DNA of 64,000 nt, taken from assembly GCF_036321535.1 (NCBI RefSeq), contig NC_087437.1, positions 61,692,001-61,756,000 on the forward strand, read 5' to 3'. Under the pieces are notes generated by a model. That model did not search any database. It was not told the origin of the DNA and saw only the letters and a program-made list of their open reading frames with translations. The first letter of the stretch is position 1, and each line of letters opens with the position of its first letter. The DNA is from Camelus dromedarius. Its lineage: Eukaryota. The translations under genes were made by a program, and so were the position numbers. Positions 26,529 to 39,844 of the stretch are shown in pieces.

Positions 26529-26667
26529 TGGGGGAAGAGTATAGCTCAGTGGTAGAGTGCTTGCCTAGCATGCATGAGGTCCTGGGTCCAATCCCCAGTA
26601 CCTCCATTAAGATAGATAAATAAACCTAATTACCTCCCCCCACCAAAAAAATGTTTTTCTAAAAAAG
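26529..26667 (+). mobile_element. tRNA-derived SINE (Vic-1-like)
   Basis: Same family; imperfect TSD GAGAA(G/A)ATGAAAG. Confidence 0.85.
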
Positions 26668-28620
26668 GAGAAAATGAAAGAATTTCAAGAGCTATGGTTT
26701 GTCCCCTCTTTTTGCTTAGCAGAGCAGTCCCAGAGACGGAAGAACCATTGCCCTCATGCGGCACGGGTCTGTTAAGCAGTCAGCTCAATTACTGGCAGAT
26801 AAATGCAATCTTCAAGCTTCTTCTTAAGGTAAATTAATGTCTAACCTGGCTTTTTAAATGCATTCTGAGTATTAATTGGTAATCTTTATAAAACAGATTT
26901 ACTTTTCTGTTATTCCAATTACTAAAATAATTATGTAGGTTGCCCTATACCCCGATCTGCCAGGTAACAGAATTTCTTGTACCCAGATATAGAAAAACAA
27001 CTGAGATTGCACTTAGAAAAACTGTATTTATCCTGAAAATCAACATAATACTGCTATCAAGATGTTACCCCTCCCCAGTAAAACAAAGTCCTTTCTGCTT
27101 ACATAAGCTTTACAGTGAGAACACCCTATGGAGAATTTTGTTCTATATTGAATGAACAGTGAGTGGTAAGTTTCCAGTGTGATTTTTGTCCACAATAAAG
27201 TGATCCTGAGGAGGGTAGTACAAGTTTGTCTCATTCAACAAACATCTTGTATGCAAAAATTAAACTTTAGGTAAACTGAAAAAAAGATACTCCAAACTAG
27301 CCAAATTTTCTGGTACAAGAGCAATCATAGGAGGAAGTGGTGTGGGGTTAAGATTTTGTTCTTTTGCTGTGTTGTTGTTTATTTTCCATTTTTAGGCTTG
27401 GGGCATAGGTAAATGTGTGTCAGATAGGTAAGACAGGGCTATGCTTATGCAGAATCCAGAGCTTTCTGGCTTCTCATTCCTCAATACCAGAAACTCAGGA
27501 GTCATTTCTGCTTCCTCCTTTATCCTGACATCAGCATTCCCCCAGTTCAAATGATCGCCAAGTCCTGTGGATTCTACCTTCTATTTCCATATCCCCCAAC
27601 ACCATGCTGGATCGAGCTGTTGTTCCTTGCTTGGACTAATAGCCTCCAAATAAAAGTGCTCTTTATTAAATGAAGGACTCATCTTTTAAAATTGAAAATC
27701 TCATCATGTCTCTCCTTAGAACCCTTCAGTGGTTTCCTTAGGGCAAAAACTAAAATTCTTAACTTGGACCGTAGGGCCTGCATGATCTGGGCTCCTCTGT
27801 TCCTCTCCAGATCCATCTGGCAATGCGTTTTTATTGCTCTCATAACTGCAGCTTCAGTGGGCTTTTTTCTTCTATGGAATCATGCTCCCTTTCAACTCAG
27901 GGTCTTTGCTTATGCTATTCCTTCAACTTGAACCACTCTACCCCTCACCTTTTCACCTTGCAGGGTCCCACTGATCCATCAGGTCCCAAGTTAAATCAGT
28001 GGCATTTTGTTAGGTATCTGCCATTTGCCCCATCTGGGGACAATCTCCACAGAGAACATTTTTCCTCACATCACCTAATGTGCCATATATTTTACTCACT
28101 GTCTCACTCTCCTTACTAGGATGTAAGCTCCATAAGGACAGAGATTTGTTGTTTTGTTTACTGCGGCGTCCTCCAAGACAAGAACTATGCTCGGTACATG
28201 GTACTCATTCAACAAATTATTTGTTGGGGAAAAAAATGAATGAATATAATAGGGCAACCCAAATAAATGTGCATTAATTAGGAAATGTAAATCTCTGACG
28301 TCCACTAATCTATCCCATTCTAGTCTACAAGGATTTACTGAACACCTATTACAGGTGGGCACGGTGGTCAGCGCGCTCCGAGAGTTTGGCAGCTGAATGA
28401 GTTCTCCTTAAAAGGCAACAGGCCTTTTCAGGGCAGTGCTTTTCACCCTCGGAATCAAATGAAGAATGGAGGTAAGAACTTAAGCCATTTCTTGAAATAA
28501 AGGAATGCGGGGCGGGGGAAGAGGGGAGGTAAAGAGAAGGAAAAGTTCCCTCCTCCTGCCTTCGTAATTGCGGCCTTTCTCCTCCTGGCTAGGATGCGAG
28601 AGTCTCTGTTCACTCTACTC

Positions 28621-28664
28621 CTGTGTGGTAAAGAGTAAAGATCTGTGTGGTAAAGAGTAAAGAT
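28621..28664. repeat. Exact 22-bp tandem duplication CTGTGTGGTAAAGAGTAAAGAT x2
   Basis: Seen directly. Confidence 0.95.
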
Positions 28665-29046
28665 ACTCCCTTGTTGGCGAATCAAATCTCGGGTACCCGA
28701 AGCGGGGGACGTCCTCCAGTCCGGCTTCACTTTTCCACCTGCAGCACGCGACGGCGCGGGAACCAAGCTAAAGTGTTTCTGTGGCAACGCACAACTTCAA
28801 GGACCTGTTCTTTTCCTTTAGCTGTCTACAAATTTGCCTCCCTCTGTCCCAAAATATTACATGTTGCAGCTTACGAAGATAAAATAACTTAGGGAAAGAA
28901 TGGTACAAGTGCTCTTGAACGTTGCTTATTTCAGTCAGAAGACGATGTCTCAGGCTTTATTTTTTTTTTTTGGCGATCGCGGAAGATGACTAAATGGGGG
29001 CGGGACGGGGAGCTGTTTACCCACAAGGCCGCGCGGCAGGGCCTCG

Positions 29047-29080
29047 CCTTTCTCTTTCAGCCATCTTGGAGACTGTGGAG
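29047..29080 (+). promoter_or_regulatory. RPL35A: RPL35A non-coding exon 1 with TCT/5'TOP pyrimidine start; TSS approximate
   Basis: cctttctctttc pyrimidine tract, YY1-type GCCATCTTG, GAG|gtgagt donor at 29081; upstream GC box (~28996) and CGGAAG ETS-type site (28980). Confidence 0.8.
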
Positions 29081-29580
29081 GTGAGTGGGGCTCCAGCTGC
29101 CGAACTTTGGGGGTAAATAATTAGGTTGGATTCGGTTCTGTTCCTCGGCGAGGCACTGGTGCGGCTCCGAGGCTCTACCAGCTAATGATTTCTAGGGACT
29201 TCAGCAACAGGGAGGACAGGATGGAGGCGATACGGTACTGATGGTGCTGGTCCCCTGATCGCCTAGATCCGGTGCTGCTGCAATAGAAGTTGGTTCCCGG
29301 GCCCCAGGGGAGGGAAGTAGATGCATTTTGTCTGGCAGCAGTTCCCCTTCTGAAGCAGTGGCTCTTTTAGGCAAGGTTCATTGTCCATTTACTCCTACTC
29401 CAAACCTGGTTTGGCTTGTTCCCAGTCTTTCCTTAGCTTTTCTTTTGCGTTCAGTGCTTAAAACTTACTTTCTGTGTGCTTTTGACTCCTTTCTTTTTTT
29501 GGCTGATCATGGATGGCATGAATTATTTTTAAGGCTTCCTTTGGGATTTCTAGGAGTTACTTCTTTTGGTGTGGAGTCTT

Positions 29581-29740
29581 TTGTTTTTGATAGACTTAAT
29601 TTTTTTAGAATTGTCTTAGATTTACAGCAGAATTGAGCAGAAAATACAGAGCTCCAACATAGCCCTCCCCACCCACATATACATACTTCCCTACTCTCAT
29701 TCTCCCTCATCCATGTAGCATATTTGGTTCAGTCAGTGAT
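29581..29740 (-). mobile_element. Short retro-insertion (L1MC-derived tail) in RPL35A intron 1
   Basis: Closely similar to 43737-43900; imperfect 16-bp TSD TTT(G/A)GTGTGGAG(T/C)CTT (29565, 29741). Confidence 0.75.
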
Positions 29741-29931
29741 TTTAGTGTGGAGCCTTGCCACTTTTTGTTTTTGTCTTCATTTTGGAGTTTGCTTAGCTAT
29801 CAGGCAGTCTCTGAATTTGGGGTGCTTTTCCGGAGGAGACTACGTGGGAAATGCACTTTGCAAGGTTTTAAACTGATTATTTTTGTTTGTTTTAAAGGCC
29901 TGCTGGGAACAGGACTTCCAAAACGATAAAT

Positions 29932-29942
29932 ATGTCTGGAAG
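29932..29942 (+). CDS. RPL35A: RPL35A exon 2 coding part (MSGR); exon starts at 29898
   Basis: ATGTCTGGAAG|gtatgc; acceptor tttaaag ends at 29897. Confidence 0.93.
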
Positions 29943-30116
29943 GTATGCATTTTAAATATCATTGCTTTGTATTTGTAGTTTATTAGGCATGAACCTAAAT
30001 GTGAGCTTAAAATTGGTGGGGGGAAAATTAGATGTTTCCTATAGGTAACTTGGGTAGGGGCCATTACTAGTGAAACCATACCTGTGGTTTGTTGAAGTTA
30101 AATGAGATCTTTTTAA

Positions 30117-30302
<186 letters not shown>

Positions 30303-31175
30303 TAAGTTTATTAGTATTATGCATTTTGAGTTTTTACTTAATTTGTCTCGTTTGAAGTTGATAAAGTGGTACTGTTGTGGCTTCTACTTTGGGATTTTAA
30401 GGAACTTCATGGGTGGTAGTAGATGTAGGTGTCTTCTGCACTTACAAAAATTAGAGCTGTGAATTGTTTCAGGGAAGGAGTCAACTCATATTATGATCTT
30501 AAAGTTTTATAGAGCATTTTTCATGATCTTTAATTCATTTTGTTGATGTCTTAAAGTTATGTTTTATATACATGCTTAAAGATGTTACATCTCAAAAACA
30601 TTGATTCTTAATCTTGGGTTCTTAGGCCCATTCCAGATCAATTAAAATCTCTGGGGTAGAGGCAAGGGGGATGGGAGGGGGGTGGAAGAAATGGGTGGGC
30701 TGTGTTTATTTAAATTGTTTTTATCTTTAGGGGCATGCTTCCACCCCACCCTACCCTCCTCTTGCAACCAAAGTGATTCTTTAAAATTGGAAGTCAAATC
30801 ATCTCAAACACCAACTGTTCCCCATCTCATTTAGTAAAAGCCAAGTCATTAAGGAGCTTCTAAGACTGCATTCAGGGCTCCCTGTTTCTACTCTTAACTT
30901 GGCTACATCATCTCATGGTATCTTACAAGTCTTTCCACAGGCCAGGGACACAACCTCAGGTTTTTAACACATACTGTTCCTGTAACTTCCAATCTTTTTT
31001 CCAATATTAGCCTTCTTAGTAAGGCCTTCCCTGGCTATTTAATATTGCAAACAAATTCCTCTCCCTACACTCAACATCCTCACGTTTCTTGTCCCTAAGA
31101 GTCACCTTGATTTTGTATCACACTATAATGGTTGCCTGGGTTCTCATGCCTTTTTCAATCCTCCTTTAAAATCAG

Positions 31176-31320
31176 CAACACAGTAACTCCTGGTGGAAAA
31201 CCGAACAAAACCAGAGTAATCTGGGGAAAGGTAACTCGTGCTCATGGAAACAGTGGCATGGTTCGTGCCAAATTCCGAAGCAATCTTCCTGCTAAGGCTA
31301 TTGGACACAGGATCCGTGTG
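31176..31320 (+). CDS. RPL35A: RPL35A exon 4 ([18 protein letters not shown]...GHRIRV)
   Basis: ORF 31132..31356; atcag acceptor, gtaagt donor. Confidence 0.98.
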
Positions 31321-31986
31321 GTAAGTACAGTTATTAGCAGTATGATACCTTGTTGAATCAAAGCTCAAGGGGTTTGGCTTTGGCCACTGAAGACTTATTT
31401 ATTGAGTACTGAAGTAATTGCTAGAAAATAAAAATTCAGCATTTTCCTGGCATAATTCTGAGTGTTTCCCATCTCTTCATCATCACAGTCTTGTTTGAAT
31501 TGGTATTAGTATTTTATAGACGAAAACTGGTGTTTGTGTTTTTAGCTGCTAGGACTTGGACCCAAGTCTTTTAATTCTGTGATTTTTCTAAAATAGCTCC
31601 TGTTTTCTTCAGTTAGAATCCCTTTTTAGTATGACTATATCCTTTAGGTGAGGTCATGGGGTATTTCTGAACCCTGCTTAGCAGTTGAGATTTCTCATCA
31701 AAGGAGTTTTTTTGTTTGTTTGTTTGTTTGTTTTTAACTGTCATTAGAGGAAGCAACATTAAATGGACTTTCAGTGTTCCCAGTACTGGTTCTGGGACAT
31801 TGACCTAGACATTCACCTAGAAACTGAAGGCTATAAAAATTTAGTTCTCTCCCTAGGATGTAAGTCATTGGATATTTTTCAGAGATGGGTAATGAGACAA
31901 TGGAAGGTTTATTCATGTTGGGGTACTTGGTAACAGTTTGTATATAACATGCACCTAATGACATTGTGTTCTTTTCCCCTCCCCAG

Positions 31987-32010
31987 ATGCTGTACCCCTC
32001 AAGGATTTAA
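31987..32010 (+). CDS. RPL35A: RPL35A exon 5 (MLYPSRI*); spliced CDS totals 333 nt = 110 aa plus stop
   Basis: Polypyrimidine tract with ccccag acceptor; TAA stop. Confidence 0.97.
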   Translation: MLYPSRI

Positions 32011-32025
32011 ACTTATTGAAAAGAA

Positions 32026-32031
32026 AATAAA
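32026..32031 (+). terminator. RPL35A: RPL35A polyadenylation signal AATAAA
   Basis: 15 nt after the stop, followed by a T/GT-rich downstream element. Confidence 0.85.
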
Positions 32032-34979
32032 AGTGTGAATTTGTTCTCTTGTATTTTTGTTAAATGGCTTAAAATTTTCTTTCCTGCAAATTCATTTGCT
32101 AAGTGCTTAAATGGTGGTGGTTATCCGAGATTTTCAGAGAACAAGGAAGCCTAGAGAATTACAGAGATTGAGACAACAGGAGAGTTTTGATGATGATGGG
32201 ATGTATCTTAATATAAGGCTTTAAATGGTGAGGGGAAGGTTACAAGTAAGCTATAGTTGGGAACAGTGGAAAGGAGTATCTTGGAAGGTTTAGTGATAAA
32301 GCACTTGAACCTAGCCTCTGAAAAGTTTTTGGACAAGTGGAGACACCCAGTGTATTCCAGAAAGAGCAGAATTCGGAATTCTTAGCCAGTACAGATATAT
32401 ACCATGAAACTTCTTGACCTTTAAAGTACCTTGTAGTGCATACACTTGTTCAACATAGATTGGTTGGGAAACTTGGGACTTTAAAATGGTATTTAGAAGG
32501 AATTTGGTGATATATTGGTGGTATTTGGCAGCTCGTTTGAACAGACAGGGATGAGAAAGCCTTGGAATTTGTGACTTGACAAAGTGTTCCAGTGTATAAC
32601 ACTGGGAATATGTGTAAGTTGGAAATATCCCCAAAATACTACATGCCTCAACAAGTAATCTAGGGCCGGGGTTGGGGTGGGATGTTAGGTTTGCCTGGAT
32701 AGTATAGCTTTCCTTGGCTTCATGTTTTAATGTAAAATGCAGGATTGAGATACTTTGGCATGATGTAAAGGAAACTAAGCAGGGCTGCAGAGTATTTTAA
32801 ATCTCAGAATGTGCTGAATACAAGTTTGAACCAAGGCATCAGTTTGCAGCATGATGATTTTAAATGTTTGATGCAGTAGCAGCTACTCCTTTTATTAATC
32901 AACAAATCGTGACATTCCACTGAAAATACCAACAAGATACTGGGAGTTTGCTAAACTCAGCCCCTTTCAACAGTTTTAATTGTATTTGGGTTCTCTTGAC
33001 TAAATGATCAGCATGCTAAAAATGTATGGTAGGGAGTGGTGAGAGACCTTTGAAGGAGAAAGGTGTAATAGTAGCACACTGCAGTTCTATGGTTTGCTTA
33101 GTTTAATAGTGGCCCTGAAGCCAAAATTGCTGCAGGAAAAGTCACATGTTAGACAGAAATGGGGGTTGTGTCTGTACTGCCAGTCTCATTTGTCTAGCAG
33201 CAGCAGCCCTTAGGAAGTATGGCCTCAAGTTGGATGGTGAGAAGCAGCTTGGAGCCAATTATGCTCTCTTCACCAGATGTTAGTGGTGCATTTCATGGCC
33301 CCCACAACTAGGAATTTGGTTAGTAGAACCCTAAGGAAATTGAACGAGGGAAGGAAGTGCAGTTTTCAAACCTTCTCCAGTGAGATTTAGTTACCCTTCT
33401 CAAAAAACTGCCAACATAGGAGTAACTACTTTGTTGTGCCAGTGAAGTAGATATACTCTTGGGGTACTCAAGAATAAAGAAATGCTTGGGGGTAGGAGTT
33501 ACAGAAAAAGGAAATGGCACAAAGATTTTATGTGAAAGCAGAAAGTATTTGAGGGACCGTTCAGCTGTTAACATAGTGTGACTGAAACCTATTGTGCGGA
33601 GTTAATTGGAAAGTAAGTAGAAAACTAAGAGATGACAGGAATTTATATTCCTCTATGTATGAAAGTATCACTGAAGAGCCCAATTGACTTTGGAGAGGAG
33701 TCTTCAAGGGTAACGTTCCTAGATTTGGTTGCTGAGTCTGTTGGTAATAGTGCATTTACAAAGTTGGAGAACCAGGAGATAGTTTGGTGGGGGGTAACTG
33801 AGTTTGAGGAAGCTGGTGAATGTCCACCTGTGAACATGTCCAGAAAAGCAGATGGCTATTTGAATCTGGATTAGGCATATAGAGGAGAGGGGAAAATAAT
33901 CTCAATTCTCCTTTGTTAGGAGCTGCTGACTAGAACTAGGTAGGTGATGGTAGAGCAATGGGGTGGATAAACAAGAAGTGGTAGGCATTTGAACAATGTA
34001 GGGAAGAAAGCTAAAAATCCTTAAGATAACCAGAGTAAATGCAGTGACAAATGAGCCCTGCATGCAAATTCATACACCCTCCTAAACTGATGTAATGGCA
34101 GCACTTATAAATGAGAACGTGTATTGTGTTTTTCTGCTCCCTTCAAGTTTGGTCAGTGCAAGGCAGTTCTCAAGACAAAGTTACAATGGAGGAGCCCCAT
34201 GTTTCACAAAAAAATGAACTTAAATGGCTAGCAGCTCATCGAAACTGCCTCTCCCACAGCATGGTACTCCTGCTACCAGCAGGAACTTGAAGATGGCTGA
34301 TTCCATTCTTTGTTCACAATCTGCAACTTCTTTGTGGTCTCATGGGGAGAGAACTTCCTGAAAGTGATAAATTTTGTTTGAAATCTCAACATCCTCTAGT
34401 TGTGGGGTGATAAGACACATCTAATGAGTCTACTTGTAAAATGCCCATTCCCCCCTTTTTGGGAGTACATAATCTTCACCAACAAATTGTAAGTGCTTCG
34501 GGCCTTTCTGTTCTTCCTACCATTACAGTTCCTAGTACAGTAATTTATAAAACTCAATTCCTGGAATGACTGTTACAGTTCATTGCTTTTAATTTCTAGT
34601 TTTAATTCTTTCATGGGCAACAGGAAGATTTGTCCCAATTGCCAATTTTTTATAGTTCCTCACTGCTCAGTTTTTAAGGTAGTTGCCCTAATGGCAAGGA
34701 TCTACCTACTCTCCGGAATTAATGCAGTTGCAGTTCTCAAATTAAGACAAATTACGGGATGTGATTGAAAAGTAATGAACACACCTGATTTTACAGAAAT
34801 TGGTTCAAAATTGGTGACTCAGGATAAGTCAAAATGAAAATTATTCCATTGACCTTTTATACAGAGAGCTAAACCATAAAAACTTTTGCATCTGTATGTC
34901 TAAGCACCTGGCACGTAGTGAGTGCATATGTTTTCGATAAATAACTGAATTCAAAACAAAAACTCCCTTAGTAAGGACA

Positions 34980-35490
34980 CCCACGTACTACCATGCCATT
35001 AACATTAACACCCACTAGTCTTCTCACAGCCCGACTCACGTGGGCGGCCAAACGGCATTTATTGGCCGACTTCACGCGAATGAGACGCGTTGGACGTGAT
35101 GCAACGCTCATCCGCGGTGAACTTCCTACGGGTGACGCTAGCCAATCAAAAAGCACCTTTCCGCCGCCTCGTCCCTCCACCTGCCTGGAGAGGCGAGGGG
35201 CGGGGCTGGCGCTGGGCGCGGAGGCGTCACGTACTCCATGGTAACGACGCTCGGCCTGAAGATGGCGGCCGAGTGGGGCAGAGGAGCGGGCTCCTCGGGT
35301 TCAGGCCGGGTTCTGAGCCGGTGGCATTGGAGCGGTTCTTTATGGGTCCGAGGCGTTTTACTCCTGTTGGGCGGGCTCCGGGCAAGCGCCACATCTATTC
35401 CAGTCTCCTTGGGCAGTTCCCCTCCCTGCCGGCACCACGTCCCCTCTGACTCTGAGGTAGGGCCACGGAGTGGTGGGAGCGGGCCCTATG
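34980..35490. promoter_or_regulatory. CpG-rich promoter of LMLN, probably bidirectional with IQCG
   Basis: High CpG density; CCAAT boxes (ATTGG at 35061, CCAAT at 35142), GC box ~35197-35206, CACGTG at 35037, X-box-like half site over the LMLN ATG. Confidence 0.8.
35238..35456 (+). CDS. LMLN: LMLN (leishmanolysin-like peptidase / invadolysin, peptidase M8) exon 1
   Basis: [16 protein letters not shown]...[14 protein letters not shown] resembles human LMLN; GAG|gtaggg donor. Confidence 0.95.
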
Positions 35491-38400
35491 AGGGTAAAGT
35501 AGTAAGGGAGGCGATGGCATAGAGGGTAGTGATTGGAACAAGGTGTACTGTAGGAGAAAGCCAGACTGGGCCAGAGGTTTTGAACTCTTAGAGGGCTGGG
35601 ACCAGCTATCAACTCTTCCTGTACCACAACAAAGTGGCTCAGTTAGGCACTCAGAAAATCATGACTTTCCTGAGCGGAGGGTTGTGCTTAGCAGGTAGTC
35701 CTAGAGCAGTGGTTTTCAAACTTGAGCGTGCATCAGAATCACCTGAAGGGCTTGTTAAAACACAGATTGCTGCTGCATTCCCTCCCGCTGCCCAGTTCTG
35801 TCTCAGTAGGTATGGGATGGGGCCCCAGAATTTGCAGGTGAAGTTCCCAGATGGTTGCTGGTGCTGCTTGTCCAAGGACCACACTTTGGGAACCAAAACG
35901 TTCGGGAAGGAATTGATAGGAGAGCCAGGCAGAGGCATTGAAGGAATAGTGGGGGTTCTCTGAAGACAAAATTCAAGTTTAGTTTCACATTGCTTGCTTT
36001 ACCCTGTTCTCCTGCCCTGGAAGTGTCTGCCTCTTTCCCATTACTTTTTTTCCCCCCTGTCTAAATTCTTTGATTTTAAGTTCCTTAACCTCAAGTCAGC
36101 CTGCTGAAACCACCCCAGCAGAATGTTCTTTTCATTTCGCAGTATGTCTTATCCGAACTCTTTACTGGCACTTAACCAAGTACTACTGTGGTGATAGCTT
36201 ATGTTTCAGGCATATATTGCCTTTGCAGTTAGATTGTGATGTTCCTTGCGTATTAGACTTTGATTCCTCTACAGTACTTAGCTCCATGGAGTGCCCACAA
36301 TAATCACTATTCTTTTGAGGAAAGGAGAAAGTACCTGGGGCAGGGCTGCATATTGTGGTTGATTTTATAATTTGTCTCATTACTTTATCAAGAAAGATTA
36401 ATCTGGAAGTTTTCAGTTCAGCTCAGAAATCTGACTAGTCATTTTTTTTGTAATTTCCAAAAATTTCTGTGCATGCTGTTCATAACCATATGTGCCAGAA
36501 TACTGTTTGGGGTTTGTGTATTTCAGCTTTTATCATGACACTGCATTCTGGCTGAATTATTTATTTTTCAGTCTCTCAGCAACTTTTAAGTTTATAATAC
36601 AGTATCATTGTTCGTAGTCACTATGTAGTGCGTTAGATCTTCAGAACTTATTTATCTACTCTTTGCAAGTTTGTACCCTTAAACAACATCTCCTCAATTT
36701 CCCTATCCACCTGGTAAATACTTTTTAAAAATCATTCCCACAAAGCCCTGCACTTCTCTCTTTGAATTTAGATTAAAATAAGAGAAAGTAGTTCAGAGAA
36801 CTGCAAAATCTCTGCTCTATAAGGAACCTAAATGGCTGTTTTCCTCTTGTGATTGTTGCCAGTGTACAAATCTTGTACTTACATTTGACAAATAGGGAAA
36901 TTATCTCCAGGGGCAGCCCCTTTGCTTTTTGGAGAGATTATTGTTCTTTTTATAGAGCTGAAAACTCTTCCTGAAACTTCCACCCACTCTTCTTATTTAT
37001 GGCTCATGCCTGAACAAACTTAATAGTGTTCGTGCTTCAGATATTAAAAGAAGCTATTAAGTTCTTCTTGAGAGTTCTCATCCCTAATTTTCCTAGTTCT
37101 TCACAGGGTATATAATAAGCAAGTCCTCCTAACCATTCTTTTTGCTTTTACCTGGACGCAAATTATAGGCAAGTAGTGTTCATTGTACTCATATTAGTGG
37201 CTGCATCTCTTGTTAAATGCTATAGGAAGTTTCAGTAACTTTTTATTGTTAGTGCTGGGGAACTGCAAAGCATTTTGACTCATATAACTTGTTCTCAACT
37301 AAAAACTCTTTAAGTTTTGTTTTGTTTTTATTTTTTATTATGTAAACTAAAACAAAACTCAAAACCAGAATAGTTTGATGAACTCCCATGACCCTTCACC
37401 CAGCTTCAACACTTATCAGTATTCTCTCGTTCTGTTTCATATACTTCTGCCCATTCCCTATCATCCCACTGTTATTGTTCCTTTTAAGTTTTTTTTGGAT
37501 AAGATTTATATATACTGAAATGCAGCAAACGCAGTAATTTACATCCATGTAAAACTCACAATCCTGTAATAATACAGAATATTCCCATGTCTCCAGAAAT
37601 TTCCCTCCTATCCTGTGCCAGTCACTCTCTCCCATCCACCCCAGGTAACTATTGTTCTGATTTTTTTTTTTACATTAGATTTATGTTTTACATTAAATTA
37701 ATTTTGCCTCTTCTAGAACTTTGTTTATATAAATGGAATTATATAATATGTACTGTTATATGGTAGATTACATTGAATTTTCTAATAGTAAATCAACCTT
37801 ATATTTTTGGGATAAACTCTACTTGGTCATAATGTATTATACATTTAATATACTTCTGAATTCAATTTGCTAATAGATTAAGGATTTTTGCATCTATGTT
37901 TATGAGTAATATTGATTTATAATCTCCTTTTTTAGTGAAGTTTTTGTTAGCTTTGGATATCAGAATTATACCTGTGTTACATAATGAGTTGGGAGGTTCC
38001 ATCATATATTTTCTAAAAGAGTTTATATGAAATTTCTTCCTTAAATGTTTAGAGTTTTCTTTGTAGAGAGTTTTAAAAAGTACTTTTATTGAACTATAAT
38101 TTATATACCATTAAATTGACTTACTTAAGTGTCCAATTAAGTGATTTTCATTAAATTTACAGAGTTGCAAAACTATCACTACAATCCAATTTTAGAACAT
38201 TTCCATCACCCTAGAAAGATCCCTTGTGTCCATTTATAGGAAATCCATATTTTCACTTCTGGCCCCAAGCAACCACTATGTAAGATTAGATAAATCCAAT
38301 TTTTCTGATACAAGTATATTCATAGTTTCTGTTTGATCCTGTGTCAGTCTTGGTAACTTGTGTTTTTCAAGGAGTATATTTCATCAAGTTAAATTTATTG

Positions 38401-39045
38401 ACAGAGTTGTTCATAATAATTTATCCTTTTGATATCTGTAGAATCTGTAGTGATATTTACTCTTTTATTTCTAATGTGGTAATTTGTGCTTGTTCTGTTT
38501 TATTCTAGTCCAATCTTTTTAGGGGCTTATTAATTTTATTAATCATTTAAAATAGCCTTACATTTTCCTGAGATAAAACCACACTTGATCATGATATATT
38601 ACTCTTTTTACATTTTGCTGGATTTGATTTACTAGTAGTTTTTTATGATTTTGCATATATATTCATGAGGGATATTTGTCTGTAGGTTTGTTTTTTTTTT
38701 AATTCAATAGCTTTGTTGAGTTTGGTATTAAGGTAATGCTGGCCTTACAGAATGAGTTAAGAAATATTTCTTCCTCTTCTATTTTCAGAGTTTGTGTACA
38801 ATCAGTATTGTTTCTTCCTTAAATGTTTAGAATTCATGAATGGAGCTATCTCATTCTGGAATTTTCTCTTTTGGAGAGTTATAAACGATGAACTTATTTT
38901 CTTTAATAGATATTAGACTATTCAGGTTGTCTCTTTCTTCTTGATTGTGTTTGGTAAGTTATGTCCTTCAAAAAATTTCATCAAAGTGGTCAAATTTATG
39001 GAAATACAATTTTTCTTAATGTTTCCATTTGGTCTTCTAAATGTC

Positions 39046-39844
39046 TGTAAAGGGTTCTGGTTCCCATTCTAGTTTGTTGGTGGTTTTCCACACACCACCA
39101 AGCCACTCTCCAACACTAGCCGAGTGTCCTACAATTCAACTCAATTCTAACGCTGTCTACCTAGAGATAGCATCAGATTCCATAGGTTAAGTGTTCAGAC
39201 CTACAATATTGCCCCCCTTTTCCCACTTGATGCCAATCCCAAGTCCATGTTATTCGTTCTTCTGACAAACCTATCAGAAGTTAAAACGACCCCCACCTTG
39301 GGTTTGGTTAATTTGCTAGGGAGGTTCACAGAACTCAGAGAAGATTTTACCTACTAGATTACTGGTTTATTATAAAAGGATGTAGCTCAAGAACAATCAG
39401 ATGGAACAGATGTATAGGGCAAGATATGGAGAAAGGGCACAGAGTGTCAATGTTCTCTGAGCATGTCACTTTCCCAGAAATCTCCACGTGTTCACCACAA
39501 TTGAAGCTCTCCAACCCCTATCCTTTCAGGTTTTATGGAGGTATTACATAGACATGATTGATTAAATCATTAGACATTGGTGAGTGAGCTTGATCTCCAG
39601 CCTTTCTCCTCTCCTCAGAGCTTAGAAAGGGTGGGGAAGGACTGAAAGTTCCAGTCTTCTATTCACATGGTTGACTCAGCTGGCAACCAGGCCCTATCTT
39701 TAGGTGCTTTCCAAAAGTTACCTCAGTAACATGACAAAAGACACCTTGATCACTTTTGTCATTTAGGAAATTCCAAGGGTTTTAGGAAATTCCATAAGTG
39801 GGACAAAGACCAAATATATTTTTATTATAAATCACAATATCACA
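39046..39844. mobile_element. Solo LTR (MER21-like) inserted in old L1
   Basis: TG...CA termini; gtgtcctacaattcaactcaattct...gatagcatcagattcca motifs. Confidence 0.7.

Noticed and set aside
34968..35988. Cluster of overlapping ORFs on both strands
   Set aside because: Expected in a GC-rich CpG island and MER5A-like relic; only 35238-35456 matches LMLN.
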